Of a DNA stretch of 64,000 bases, positions 9,703 to 19,365 are shown piece after piece. The notes under the pieces were generated by a model. That model did not search any database, had not been told where the DNA came from, and worked only from the letters and a program-made list of their open reading frames with translations. Position 1 is the stretch's first letter, and each line of letters starts with the position of its first letter. The DNA comes from Planctomycetota bacterium (GTDB lineage: Bacteria; Planctomycetota; UBA1135; UBA2386): positions 1,440,001-1,504,000 of the forward strand of contig OZ245838.1 of assembly GCA_965228735.1 (NCBI GenBank), read 5' to 3'. A program made the position numbers and the translations under genes.

Positions 9703-11931
9703 GTGACCTGGACGCTGCTGAGCTGCCTGGCCGTCGTGCTGCTCCTGGGCCTCGCGGTCGCGTTCCAGCGCCGCGCCGACCTGCGGCGGCAACGCAGCGT
9801 CGTGGCCGAACGCGCCGCGATGGCGCGGCGCAAGAACGACACCGCACCGCTCGTCGTGCCGGTCATCGACCTGCAGCGGTGTCTCGGGTGCGGCACGTGC
9901 GTGCGCTCGTGCCCCGAGGAGGGCGTGCTCGACCTCGTGCATGGCCAGGCGGCCGTGGTCAACGCCGCGCAATGCGTCGGTCATGCGCGCTGTGTCGCGG
10001 AATGTCCCGTCGGCGCGGTCACGCTCGGCACCGGCGACCTCGCGGAACGCGACGACGTGCCCGTCCTCGGCCCGGATCTCGCGGCCGTCGGCACGCCGGG
10101 GCTGTATCTGGTCGGTGAAATCACCGCGAAGGCGCTGATTCGACCGGCCACCGAGCAGGGCGCGCGCGTAGCGCGCACGATCGGGCAGGCGCGGGGCGAG
10201 ACCATGCCGGGCGTGCACGATCTCGTCGTCATCGGCGCCGGCCCGGGCGGTCTGGCATGCGCGCTGGGGGCGATCGAACAGGACCTCGACCTCCTCGTGC
10301 TCGATCAAGAACCGGTCATCGGCGGCACCGTCGCGAAGTATCCGCGCCGCAAGCTCGTGCTCACCGAGCCGATCGACCTGCCGCTGCACGGCCGCGTGCG
10401 GCAGAAGGAGTTCGAGAAAGAGCAGCTCATCGACCTTTGGCAGGATCTCGCGGCCGAGCACCAGGTGCCGTTCCGCGGCGGCGTGACGTTCGAACGCTGC
10501 GAACGGCTGGCCGACGGCACGTTCCGGATTCACACCGACGCCCCGGACCTCGCGGAGCTGCGCGCGCAGAACGTCGTGCTCGCGGTCGGACGTCGCGGCC
10601 AGCCGCGCCGCCTCGGCATCCCGGGCGAGGAGCTGCCGCACGTCGCGTACAGCCTGCTCGACGCGGGTGCGTTCGAGGACTGCGAGATCGTCGTCATCGG
10701 CGGCGGTGACAGCGCGGTCGAGGCCGCGATGGCGCTCGCCGATCAGGCCGGCAACCGCGTCACGATCGTCTACCGCCAGGACCAGTTCTTCCGCATCCGC
10801 CGCAAGAACAAGGACCGCCTCGAGCAGCGACTCGAGCCCGGTCGTCTCGAGGTCGTGTTCCGGCACGAGCCGACGGAGATCGACGTCGACTTCGTCACGA
10901 TCCGGAGCAACGACGGCTCGGGGGTCGAACGGGAGATCCCGGCCGATCAGGTGTTCGTCCTCGTCGGCGGCGAACCGCCGTTCCCCGCGCTGCAGCAGAG
11001 CGGCGTGTCGTTCGATCATTCGACGCCGGCAGCGGCTGCGGCCGCGAACACGCAGCCGTCCGAAACCGCGGCCGAGCGGTCGCTCTTGCCCGTCCTCGGC
11101 GGCTCCGTCGTGCTCACGCTCGCGACGTTCGCGTTCGCGCTCTGGCACTTCGACTACTACTCCAAGGTCGCAGCCCTCCGGGCCGCCGATCCGAAGCATG
11201 CGTTGCTGCGGCCCGATCAGAGCCTCGGTCTCTGGTTCGGGATCGTGGCGGTGATCGCGCTGCTCGCCAACCTCGCCTACCTGCTGCGCCGTCGTCTCAC
11301 GGTCACGTTCGGGTCGCTCACGGGCTGGATGGACGCGCACATCGTCACGGGCGTCGGCGCGCTGCTGCTCGCGGCGTTGCACGCCGCGATGGCGCCGCGG
11401 TCGACGCCGGGCGGGCATGCGTTCTGGGCCCTCGCGGCGCTCGTCGTCACGGGCGCGATTGGCCGCTGGTTCTACGCCTGGCTGCCGCGCGCGGCGAACG
11501 GCCGTGAGCTCGACCTCGAAGCGATCCGTGGCGACCTGCGCTCGCAACGGGGCGGCACGACGGGGTTCGCCGCCGCAGCGCAGCAGGAGACCGAGAAGCT
11601 GCTCGAGCGTCGCCAGTGGCGTTCGACGTTCGCGGGCCGCGCGCTGACGCTGATCGGCCTGTCGTGGGATCTCAACCGCACGCTCAACCGGCTGCGGCAA
11701 CGAGCCCGGGCCGAGGGCATCGCCCCCACTGATCGCAATGCGACGTTCGCGACGATCCGCGCGGCCTACAAGACGTCGGTCGCCGCGGGCCATCTCGAGG
11801 ACCTGCGCGCCGTGCTCGCGACCTGGCGCTGGCTGCACCGCTGGCTCGCGCTGCTGCTCATGCTGCTCATCGGCGTCCACGTGGTCATGGCGTGGCTGCA
11901 CGGCGCGTTCTCGTTCGGAGGCTCCGCGTGA
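9703..11931 (+). CDS. Membrane-bound 2x[4Fe-4S] ferredoxin / TrxB-like NAD(P)H-FAD oxidoreductase / heme-b-type membrane domain fusion
   Basis: N-terminal TM helix; CLGCGTCVRSCP and CVGHARCVAECP; VIGAGPGG (FAD); VIGGGDSAVE and YRQDQFFR (NAD(P)H); C-terminal TM helices with two H-x13-H pairs. Confidence 0.88.
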   Translation: MTWTLLSCLAVVLLLGLAVAFQRRADLRRQRSVVAERAAMARRKNDTAPLVVPVIDLQRCLGCGTCVRSCPEEGVLDLVHGQAAVVNAAQCVGHARCVAECPVGAVTLGTGDLAERDDVPVLGPDLAAVGTPGLYLVGEITAKALIRPATEQGARVARTIGQARGETMPGVHDLVVIGAGPGGLACALGAIEQDLDLLVLDQEPVIGGTVAKYPRRKLVLTEPIDLPLHGRVRQKEFEKEQLIDLWQDLAAEHQVPFRGGVTFERCERLADGTFRIHTDAPDLAELRAQNVVLAVGRRGQPRRLGIPGEELPHVAYSLLDAGAFEDCEIVVIGGGDSAVEAAMALADQAGNRVTIVYRQDQFFRIRRKNKDRLEQRLEPGRLEVVFRHEPTEIDVDFVTIRSNDGSGVEREIPADQVFVLVGGEPPFPALQQSGVSFDHSTPAAAAAANTQPSETAAERSLLPVLGGSVVLTLATFAFALWHFDYYSKVAALRAADPKHALLRPDQSLGLWFGIVAVIALLANLAYLLRRRLTVTFGSLTGWMDAHIVTGVGALLLAALHAAMAPRSTPGGHAFWALAALVVTGAIGRWFYAWLPRAANGRELDLEAIRGDLRSQRGGTTGFAAAAQQETEKLLERRQWRSTFAGRALTLIGLSWDLNRTLNRLRQRARAEGIAPTDRNATFATIRAAYKTSVAAGHLEDLRAVLATWRWLHRWLALLLMLLIGVHVVMAWLHGAFSFGGSA

Positions 11932-14000
11932 ACAAGAGCAAGGCGGGGCTCGGGGTGGGGATCGCGTCGCTCGTCGGCGTGCTGCTGCTCGCGTTCGTGA
12001 ATCTCGACCGCGAGCCGCCGGGCCCGGTCGCGGCCGTGCACGCCGCACTGCCCGAACTCGAGGGCGGCAGCAACTGCGCGGCCTGCCACGGCGGCTGGTT
12101 CGGCGACATGCAGAAGGCGTGCATGGAGTGCCACGCGGACATCGCGGACCAGCTGGCGCGCGGCAGCGGCCTGCACGGCCGGCTCGACGCGGGCGCGGCG
12201 GCGAGTTGCTCGACCTGCCACGGCGACCACCACGGCCAGGAGTTCCGGCTCGTGAACGCTCTCGCGTTCGCCCAGGCCGGCGTGCCGGACGAGCAGCAGT
12301 TCGACCACAGGATGGTCGGCTTCGCGATGCACGGGCGGCACACCGAGCTCGACTGCACCGAGTGCCACGAGCACGCCGAGACCGCGGTCCTGGCGGCAGG
12401 CCAGAAGCGCTACCTCGGTCTCACGCAGAACTGTGCGACGTGCCACGAGGATCCGCACGGCGGTCAGATGCAGATGAACTGCACGACGTGCCACGGCCAG
12501 GATTCGTTCGACGAGCACATCGTCCGCAACCACGACGCCCACCTCGAGCTCAGCGGCCCCCACGGCAACGCGACGTGCCGCGACTGTCATGCGACCGGCA
12601 CGCGGCACGCCCTCGAACACATCCCGCAGGGTGGCATCGCGCGTGGGCGTGCGTGCGGCGACTGTCACGAGTCCCCGCACGATCCGACGTTCGTTTTGGC
12701 CAACGGCGCCGCGATGGAACTGTCGCCGAACCAGAGCTGCGAGGTCTGCCACTCGCTGGCGATTCCGCACTTCGACGACCCGGTCGTGACGGTGACCCCG
12801 GCGCAGCACGCCCACTCGGGCTTCTCGCTCGGGGAGCCCCATGCGGCCGTCCGCTGTGAGCAGTGCCACCCGGCCGGCCAGGACCGCGACGCCAGCGGCG
12901 ACGATTGGGCGATCCGCCACCCGGGGCGCGATGCGAAGGACTGCCGCGCGTGTCACGAAGATCCGCACGGCGGCCAGTTCGACAACGCGCCGTTCGCCGC
13001 CGAGGGCTGCATCAGCTGCCACGCGGAGACTCACTTCGGCCCGCACGAGTTCGATCTCGCGGCCCACGCCCGGACGACCTTCCCGCTCACGGGCAAGCAC
13101 TCCGAGCTCGGCTGCGAGTCGTGCCACCCCGATCCGAAGGGCGACGAGCCCCGCCAGTTCGACGGCACACCCAACCGGTGCGAACAATGCCACGACGACG
13201 CCCACCACGGCGCGTTCGCGGCGCACCAGGACCGCTTCGCCGCCAATCCACGGGGCTCGTGCGCCGAGTGTCACGGCACCGAGCTGTTCCGCAACGTCGA
13301 CCTCGCCGTGTTCCACCATGGCGAGCACGCCGGCTTCCAGCTCGACGGCGCCCACGATCAGATCCACTGCACCGACTGCCACGAACGCACCGCCACGCCC
13401 GACGCGCTCGGCCGCACGTTCGGCCGGATTCTCGACGGCGACCGCGAGTGGAACGGCTGCCGCACCTGCCACCAGGATCCGCACGACGGCAAGTTCGACT
13501 CCGCGACGCTGCCGCAGGAGATCGACGGCCGCCGCGGCTGCGTGCGATGCCACTCCACGGTCTCGTTCCGCCTGCTGCCGCACGGTTTCGAGCACGGCGC
13601 GTTCACGGGCTTCGAGCTCGCCGGCGCCCACGCCAAGATCGACTGCGCCGCGTGCCACCTGCCGCGCGACGAAGAGACGCCAGCCGGCCGCACGACGATG
13701 CCCGCCAACGGCACCAACTGCGGCGACTGCCACGAAGACTCGCACCAGAATCAATTCGAGCGCCTCGGGCGCACGGATTGCGCCCGGTGCCACAAGAGCC
13801 AGATCTCGTTCCGCCGGATCTCGTTCCGACACAACCTCGACTCGCGGTTCGCGCTCGGGGACGCGCACCAGAAGGTCGCGTGCAAGGAGTGTCACAAGGT
13901 GGAAGACATCCACGGCGTTCAGGCCGTTCGCTACAAGCCACTGCCGACGAAGTGCGTCGAGTGCCACGGCACGGACAACCCGCGAAGGAGACGACGATGA
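11928..14000 (+). CDS. Multiheme cytochrome c, 23 CxxCH motifs, N-terminal membrane anchor or signal
   Basis: GTG start overlaps the upstream stop (GTGA). 23 CxxCH counted by eye, arranged in repeated tri-heme units (F.L.G.H...CxxCH...CxxCH.DPH.G...CxxCH). Confidence 0.93.
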   Translation: MNKSKAGLGVGIASLVGVLLLAFVNLDREPPGPVAAVHAALPELEGGSNCAACHGGWFGDMQKACMECHADIADQLARGSGLHGRLDAGAAASCSTCHGDHHGQEFRLVNALAFAQAGVPDEQQFDHRMVGFAMHGRHTELDCTECHEHAETAVLAAGQKRYLGLTQNCATCHEDPHGGQMQMNCTTCHGQDSFDEHIVRNHDAHLELSGPHGNATCRDCHATGTRHALEHIPQGGIARGRACGDCHESPHDPTFVLANGAAMELSPNQSCEVCHSLAIPHFDDPVVTVTPAQHAHSGFSLGEPHAAVRCEQCHPAGQDRDASGDDWAIRHPGRDAKDCRACHEDPHGGQFDNAPFAAEGCISCHAETHFGPHEFDLAAHARTTFPLTGKHSELGCESCHPDPKGDEPRQFDGTPNRCEQCHDDAHHGAFAAHQDRFAANPRGSCAECHGTELFRNVDLAVFHHGEHAGFQLDGAHDQIHCTDCHERTATPDALGRTFGRILDGDREWNGCRTCHQDPHDGKFDSATLPQEIDGRRGCVRCHSTVSFRLLPHGFEHGAFTGFELAGAHAKIDCAACHLPRDEETPAGRTTMPANGTNCGDCHEDSHQNQFERLGRTDCARCHKSQISFRRISFRHNLDSRFALGDAHQKVACKECHKVEDIHGVQAVRYKPLPTKCVECHGTDNPRRRRR

Positions 14001-15733
14001 CCGGTCAGCCCGTCCACTCCTGCCCACCGCCTCATGCGCCGCTCGGTCGCATCGTCGGTATGGCACTCCTGCTCACGGCTCCTGCGCTCGCGCAGGTCCC
14101 GCGCTTCAACAAGGTCGAGGTGCGCATCATCGCGACGCCACGCGCCGGGGTCGTGACGATCGACCGCGGCACGCGCGACCTCGTGCAGAAGGGCGACAAG
14201 GTCGTGCTGCTGCCGCGCGACGGCCGCGTCCTGCACGGCACGGTCAGCGCGACCGAGTCGCGCACGTCGACCGTCGAGCTCGTCAATCCGAACGACAAGG
14301 TCCGACCCGGGGTGCGCGGCGAGGTCCTCGTGCCGCGGATGCGCCGCCAGCAGCAGGACGAGCCCGCGAAACCGATCGAGCGACCCGCGGATCCGGTCGC
14401 CGAGCCACAGGAACCCGACAAGCCGGCGGACGAGCCCGAGAAGCCCGCAGACGGGGAACGGCGGTTCGGTGACGACAACTGGCGTCCCGGCATGCCGCTG
14501 CTCACGGGCGGCCGCCCGCTGCGCCCGAACGAGCGCGTCACCCGGACGACCGGTCAGGTCTACACCGCGGGCGACCTCACCCGCACGCTCGATACCTGGA
14601 ACAACTCCTACTTCCGGCTCGGCACGAACCTCGACGTCGAGAACCCCGCCGGCTTCGGTGGCGTGCTGCGCATCAACACCGAGTTCGCGCAGCTCACCGA
14701 GATCAACGATCAGACCGACCCCGACCTGCGCGTCTACGAGCTGTCCTACGAGCTCGGCGGCAACCGCTACGAACCGACGCGCTGGACGTTCGGCCGGTAC
14801 CTGTCGCGCGACATGCCGGAGTTCGGCCTCGTCGACGGCATCGAGTGGAGCCATCGCACGGACACCGGCCAGCGGTTCGGCGTCAGCTTCGGCGCGCTGC
14901 CCGAACTCGACGAAGACCTCGACACGGGGTCGGACCTGCAGTTCGCGGCCTATTGGCTGTGGCCCGACACGATCGCCGAACGGTTGACGTTCGGCCTCGG
15001 CTACCAGAAGACGTGGCACCACCTGCGCGCCGACCGCGACCTCATCGTCGGCAAGATGCGCTACCTGCCGATCGATGGCTGGGACGTCGCCGCGACGACC
15101 TGGATCGACATCTACTACGGCAGCGACACGAAGGGCGACGGCCCCGAGCTCACCCGCGCCCGCGCGCACGCGACGCGGCGTTACGACACGGGCGGCGGAC
15201 TGCAGTTCACCTACGATCACGAAGAACTCGTCGATCAGCGCCGCACGGAGTTCCTGCAGACCATCCAGCCCGCGACGCTGCTCAACGCCCACGCCGACCG
15301 TGTCACGATGCATGCCTGGTCGATGACGGACGGCGGCAGCCGGCTGTTCACGCGCATCACGGGTTTTCACGACCAGGCCCGCACGGGCGGGACGGCCGAA
15401 GCGGGCTTCCTCGCCGACGATTGGCTCATGGACGAGATGCGCAGCGGCCTCGCGGCATTCGTCGTGCACGGCCGTCACAGCACGGTCGCGGGCGGCCGGC
15501 TCGACCACAGCGGTGAGGCCTGGGGTGGCCGGCTCGACGCCCTGCTCGAGGTGTCGTTCGTTCACCACGAGAGCTTCAACAACGACGGCGACGATCTGAT
15601 CCAGTACCGCCTCGGCGCGTACTGGACACGCGCGGTCGGTGACAACTGGTACCTTCTCAGCTACGGCGACTCGACCCTCTGGGACACCGAGTTCTCGATG
15701 AGCGCCGGCTTCTACCTCCAACGGACGTTCTGA
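13997..15733 (+). CDS. Outer-membrane beta-barrel (putative porin of a porin-cytochrome complex)
   Basis: AAGGAG RBS and ATGA overlap with the cytochrome gene. Signal peptide (...APALA-Q), small N-terminal domain, Pro/Glu linker, amphipathic beta strands, C-terminal beta-signal-like AGFYLQRTF. Confidence 0.8.
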   Translation: MTGQPVHSCPPPHAPLGRIVGMALLLTAPALAQVPRFNKVEVRIIATPRAGVVTIDRGTRDLVQKGDKVVLLPRDGRVLHGTVSATESRTSTVELVNPNDKVRPGVRGEVLVPRMRRQQQDEPAKPIERPADPVAEPQEPDKPADEPEKPADGERRFGDDNWRPGMPLLTGGRPLRPNERVTRTTGQVYTAGDLTRTLDTWNNSYFRLGTNLDVENPAGFGGVLRINTEFAQLTEINDQTDPDLRVYELSYELGGNRYEPTRWTFGRYLSRDMPEFGLVDGIEWSHRTDTGQRFGVSFGALPELDEDLDTGSDLQFAAYWLWPDTIAERLTFGLGYQKTWHHLRADRDLIVGKMRYLPIDGWDVAATTWIDIYYGSDTKGDGPELTRARAHATRRYDTGGGLQFTYDHEELVDQRRTEFLQTIQPATLLNAHADRVTMHAWSMTDGGSRLFTRITGFHDQARTGGTAEAGFLADDWLMDEMRSGLAAFVVHGRHSTVAGGRLDHSGEAWGGRLDALLEVSFVHHESFNNDGDDLIQYRLGAYWTRAVGDNWYLLSYGDSTLWDTEFSMSAGFYLQRTF

Positions 15734-15743
15734 GGCATCCCCC

Positions 15744-16406
15744 ATGCGCACGAATCGACCAACCAATCGCTTCCGCCTCGGCCACGCGCTCGTGCTGGCC
15801 TGGATCGTCGCCGTCGTCGCCTGCACCGTGGTGTCGCCGCGGGAACGCGAACTCCACCGCTGGTGGGCCGGCTTCGGCATGGTCGTCAAGCACGACTCGT
15901 TCCCGGGCGAGTGTGGTGACTGCCACATCGGCGCCAACTGGAACGAGATCTCGGCCACGTTCGAGTTCGACCACGAGCGGGAGACCGGCGTGGCACTGAC
16001 CGGCGCGCACGCCCAGGCGCAGTGCCTGCGGTGCCACAACGATCGCGGCCCGGTCGCGACGTTCGCCGCGAAGGGGTGTGCCGGCTGCCACGAGGACGTG
16101 CACTACGGCGAGCTCGGCAAGGACTGCACGACGTGTCACAGCGACACGGTCTGGCGCGTCCCGAACGCGCGCGTCAACCACCTGCACGGCCGCTTCCCGC
16201 TCACGGGAGCGCACCTGCAGGTCGCCTGTCACCGCTGCCACGCCGGCGCCTGGGTCCGCAACTTCCGCCCGACGGATCCGACGTGCGAGAGCTGCCACTA
16301 CGACGAGGGCGCCAACGTCAACAACCCACCGCACCTCAACCTCGGCTGGACCGACTGCGACCGCTGCCACATCCCGACCGGCTGGCGGCCCGCGGTCATC
16401 CGCTGA
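15744..16406 (+). CDS. Heptaheme cytochrome c lipoprotein
   Basis: Lipobox VVAC; 7 CxxCH motifs; same FPLTGAH repeat as the 23-heme protein. Confidence 0.9.
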   Translation: MRTNRPTNRFRLGHALVLAWIVAVVACTVVSPRERELHRWWAGFGMVVKHDSFPGECGDCHIGANWNEISATFEFDHERETGVALTGAHAQAQCLRCHNDRGPVATFAAKGCAGCHEDVHYGELGKDCTTCHSDTVWRVPNARVNHLHGRFPLTGAHLQVACHRCHAGAWVRNFRPTDPTCESCHYDEGANVNNPPHLNLGWTDCDRCHIPTGWRPAVIR

Positions 16407-16550
16407 CACCCAGGAGCCTGGGCCACGAAACCCCTCGATGACACGGACATGACGAACCGCTCCGTCCCGAACCGGGATCACTACGGGTTGATCCGGTCTC
16501 GAAAGGTCGATGAACCCGGCACTCGGGAGGTCCCTGGAGGACCGAAGGCC

Positions 16551-19352
16551 ATGAAGCAGACCTTGCACCGCCCATTGAGTCTGACCGCGCTCGCATTCGT
16601 GACCGCGGTCGGCTGGCTGTCGATCACGTCCTCGTGCGTCGAGGAAGCCGGTCGCGAGTCGTCGCTCGCGACGGCCGAGTCGTGCATGAGCTGTCACAAC
16701 GGCTCCCTGCACGATGACTACGCGGGCCCGGGTCTCGAGAACCCGCACCCGTTCCCCGGCGATGCGGAGGTGCTGACCTGCACCGCGTGTCACGGCGGCA
16801 ACCCGAACGGTCGCGATGCGGCCTCGGCCCACGTGCCGCCGCCGCCGTCGATCGGCGACCGCGACTTCCAGGACCGCAACGCGCAGGCCTACTTCAACAA
16901 GCTGACGCTCACCGGCATCGACAAGGTGCCGGATTACACCGTCGACGGTGTGACCTACACCGGCATCGACTACCTGCAGTTCCTCAACCCGGGCGACCTC
17001 CGCGTGACGGAAGCTGCGCGCGGCTGCGGCGAGTGCCACGGCGATCACAGCGCCAGCATGGCGCGCGCGCCGATCGGCCTGTCGATGGGCATCTTCTCGG
17101 GCGCCTCGTACGCGAGCGGCCAGCTCAACCAGATCCCGGGCCACCAGGGCCTGTTCGAGGACACGGCCGCGGACCTCGCGTTCCGCGCGGTCACGGATCC
17201 GAGTCACGTCCACAGCGCGACCGAGGTCGGCAAGATCGGGCAACTCATCGAAGCGCCGGTCTGGGCGTCCCGGCAGGACCAGGGCCCCGACTTCCTGTTC
17301 CGCAACCAGGACTTCGTCGTCGCCAATCTCGTCAACGACGTGAACGCCGACGGCTCGCTCGTCAACAACTCGCGGCTCGCGAAGCTCTACCAGGAGCAGG
17401 TCATGTTCACCTGCGGTGACTGCCACGCCGGCAGCAGCGGTGCGAACAACCGCTACGGTGACTTCCGGCCGTCCGGCTGCGCGGCGTGCCACATGCCCTA
17501 CAGCCTCGACGGTCGCAGCCGCAGTCTCGACCCGAACGTCCCGAAGGACGAACCCGCGGACCCGGACGACATCGACGATCCGGAACGCGCCCACGTGCGC
17601 GCCCACCGGATCGTCAACGTCAATCGAACGCTGAGCAACGGCGTGCAGGTCGGCGGCATCGACGACTACACCTGCGCCGGCTGCCACCAGGGCAGCAACC
17701 GCACGGTCATGCAGTACTGGGGCATCCGCCTCGACCAGAACGAGGACGTGCGCCGCGGCTTCCAGTACCCGGCCAACCCCGTCGAGTTCCGGACGACGCG
17801 TTTCGACACGCGCCTGTTCGACCCGGAGGTCGACAACAACACGTTCAACGGCCGCAATCACCGCCAGTACCTGCTGTTCGAAGACTACGACGGCGACACG
17901 CGTGACGACACGCCGGCCGACGTGCACTACGAAGCGGGCATGGGCTGTGTCGACTGCCACGGCGGCACCGACCTGCACGGCGAGGTCAAGACCGGCGGCG
18001 GCGCGATCGTCAGCCGCATGAGCCACGCGGTCGCGATCTCGTGCGAGACGTGCCACGGTTCGTCGACCGCGTACGCGGCGACGACCGTCGGCGAGAACTA
18101 CCAGGGCTTCACCGTGCCCCTCGCCGTCGACGAGAAGGGCGTCGCGTTGCGTCACGTCGAGCGCGACACCGACGGCAACTACTGGCTCACGAGCAAGCTC
18201 ACGGGCAACCGCCACTTCATCCGCCAGACGATGGACGTCGTCGTCGACAACGGCAAGCTGAACCCGTTGACCAACGAACCGCTCTACTCGGCCAAGGCGT
18301 CGTTCGCCATGGGCCGCGACGACGGCCTGGCATCGACGGGCCTCGGCCCGCAGCAGAACGGCGTGACGGCGACCGGCTTCGCCCACAGCGACAGCATGGA
18401 CTGCGCGTCGTGCCACTCGGCGTGGACCAACACGTGCATCGGCTGCCACCTCGAGGGTGAGTACAACGAGGGCAACAACTTCAGCAACGTCACGGGCGAG
18501 CGGATCTCGTTCCGGGAACGCTTCGCGGAGTTCGTCTACCAGTCGCCGGTGAACTTCAGTCTCGGCGTCGGTCCGGACAACCGGATCACGAACACCGCGG
18601 CCAACACCAAGGTGTTCTTCCGCTACACGGACATCAACGGCGACCGGACCCCGGTGTTCGCGTTCAGTGACCGCAACGGGCAGGGCAGCAACACCGCCGC
18701 CAACCCGGCGCGGCCGCTGCCGTCGCTCGGGCACAACGCGCTCATGGCGCACTCGATCCGTGGTCGCGTGACCGCGAGCAACGAGGGGCCGCGCTACTGC
18801 GTGTCGTGCCACCTCACCGACACGGCTCTCGCGAACCACCGGACGGCGTACGAGACGTTCCGCACGCAGCTGGCGACGAACGACTTCGCGAACATCGACT
18901 ACGACACGTTGCGCACCCACATCGGGCTCAACCCGGGCAACCAGCTCAACTCGCCGTGGTTCGTGCACATGGCCGCCGGTCTCGGCACCGGTCTCTACCT
19001 GTTCGACGCCAACGGTGGCGCGCAGAACCCGATCGACGACAACGCCAACCGCTACGGCAGTGACGGCGTCGCCCCGCGCGACCAGTTCAACCCAGCCAAC
19101 GTGGTCTACGACCTCGATCGCGTCGTCGACGACACGAACGGCCGTTCGAACGGTTCGAGCAGCGTGCCCATGGATCAGCCGATCCTCGGCCCGCTGCGCC
19201 GCACGGGCGCAACCAACACGAACATGACGGGGCCGCTCGGCCTGAACCTCGCGAACCGGCTGGCCGACCCGAACACGGGCATCATCCTCAACGCGTGGAT
19301 CAACGCGGACGGCGTCGCAAACGGCTTCGCCGCGCAGATCATCGACCCGTAG
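16551..19352 (+). CDS. Large multiheme cytochrome c (11 CxxCH), putative lipoprotein
   Basis: GGAGG RBS before ATG 16551; signal peptide ending TSSC; 11 CxxCH in 933 aa, including DVHYEAGMGCVDCH and CASCHSAWTNTCIGCH. Confidence 0.9.
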   Translation: MKQTLHRPLSLTALAFVTAVGWLSITSSCVEEAGRESSLATAESCMSCHNGSLHDDYAGPGLENPHPFPGDAEVLTCTACHGGNPNGRDAASAHVPPPPSIGDRDFQDRNAQAYFNKLTLTGIDKVPDYTVDGVTYTGIDYLQFLNPGDLRVTEAARGCGECHGDHSASMARAPIGLSMGIFSGASYASGQLNQIPGHQGLFEDTAADLAFRAVTDPSHVHSATEVGKIGQLIEAPVWASRQDQGPDFLFRNQDFVVANLVNDVNADGSLVNNSRLAKLYQEQVMFTCGDCHAGSSGANNRYGDFRPSGCAACHMPYSLDGRSRSLDPNVPKDEPADPDDIDDPERAHVRAHRIVNVNRTLSNGVQVGGIDDYTCAGCHQGSNRTVMQYWGIRLDQNEDVRRGFQYPANPVEFRTTRFDTRLFDPEVDNNTFNGRNHRQYLLFEDYDGDTRDDTPADVHYEAGMGCVDCHGGTDLHGEVKTGGGAIVSRMSHAVAISCETCHGSSTAYAATTVGENYQGFTVPLAVDEKGVALRHVERDTDGNYWLTSKLTGNRHFIRQTMDVVVDNGKLNPLTNEPLYSAKASFAMGRDDGLASTGLGPQQNGVTATGFAHSDSMDCASCHSAWTNTCIGCHLEGEYNEGNNFSNVTGERISFRERFAEFVYQSPVNFSLGVGPDNRITNTAANTKVFFRYTDINGDRTPVFAFSDRNGQGSNTAANPARPLPSLGHNALMAHSIRGRVTASNEGPRYCVSCHLTDTALANHRTAYETFRTQLATNDFANIDYDTLRTHIGLNPGNQLNSPWFVHMAAGLGTGLYLFDANGGAQNPIDDNANRYGSDGVAPRDQFNPANVVYDLDRVVDDTNGRSNGSSSVPMDQPILGPLRRTGATNTNMTGPLGLNLANRLADPNTGIILNAWINADGVANGFAAQIIDP

Positions 19353-19365
19353 GCCGACGGCACTC

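Noticed and set aside
11928..19352. Naming the cluster mtrCAB/omc or anammox hzs/hao
   Set aside because: Heme counts (23/7/11) and motifs do not match decaheme MtrA/MtrC or octaheme HAO patterns; no gene symbol can be justified without a search.
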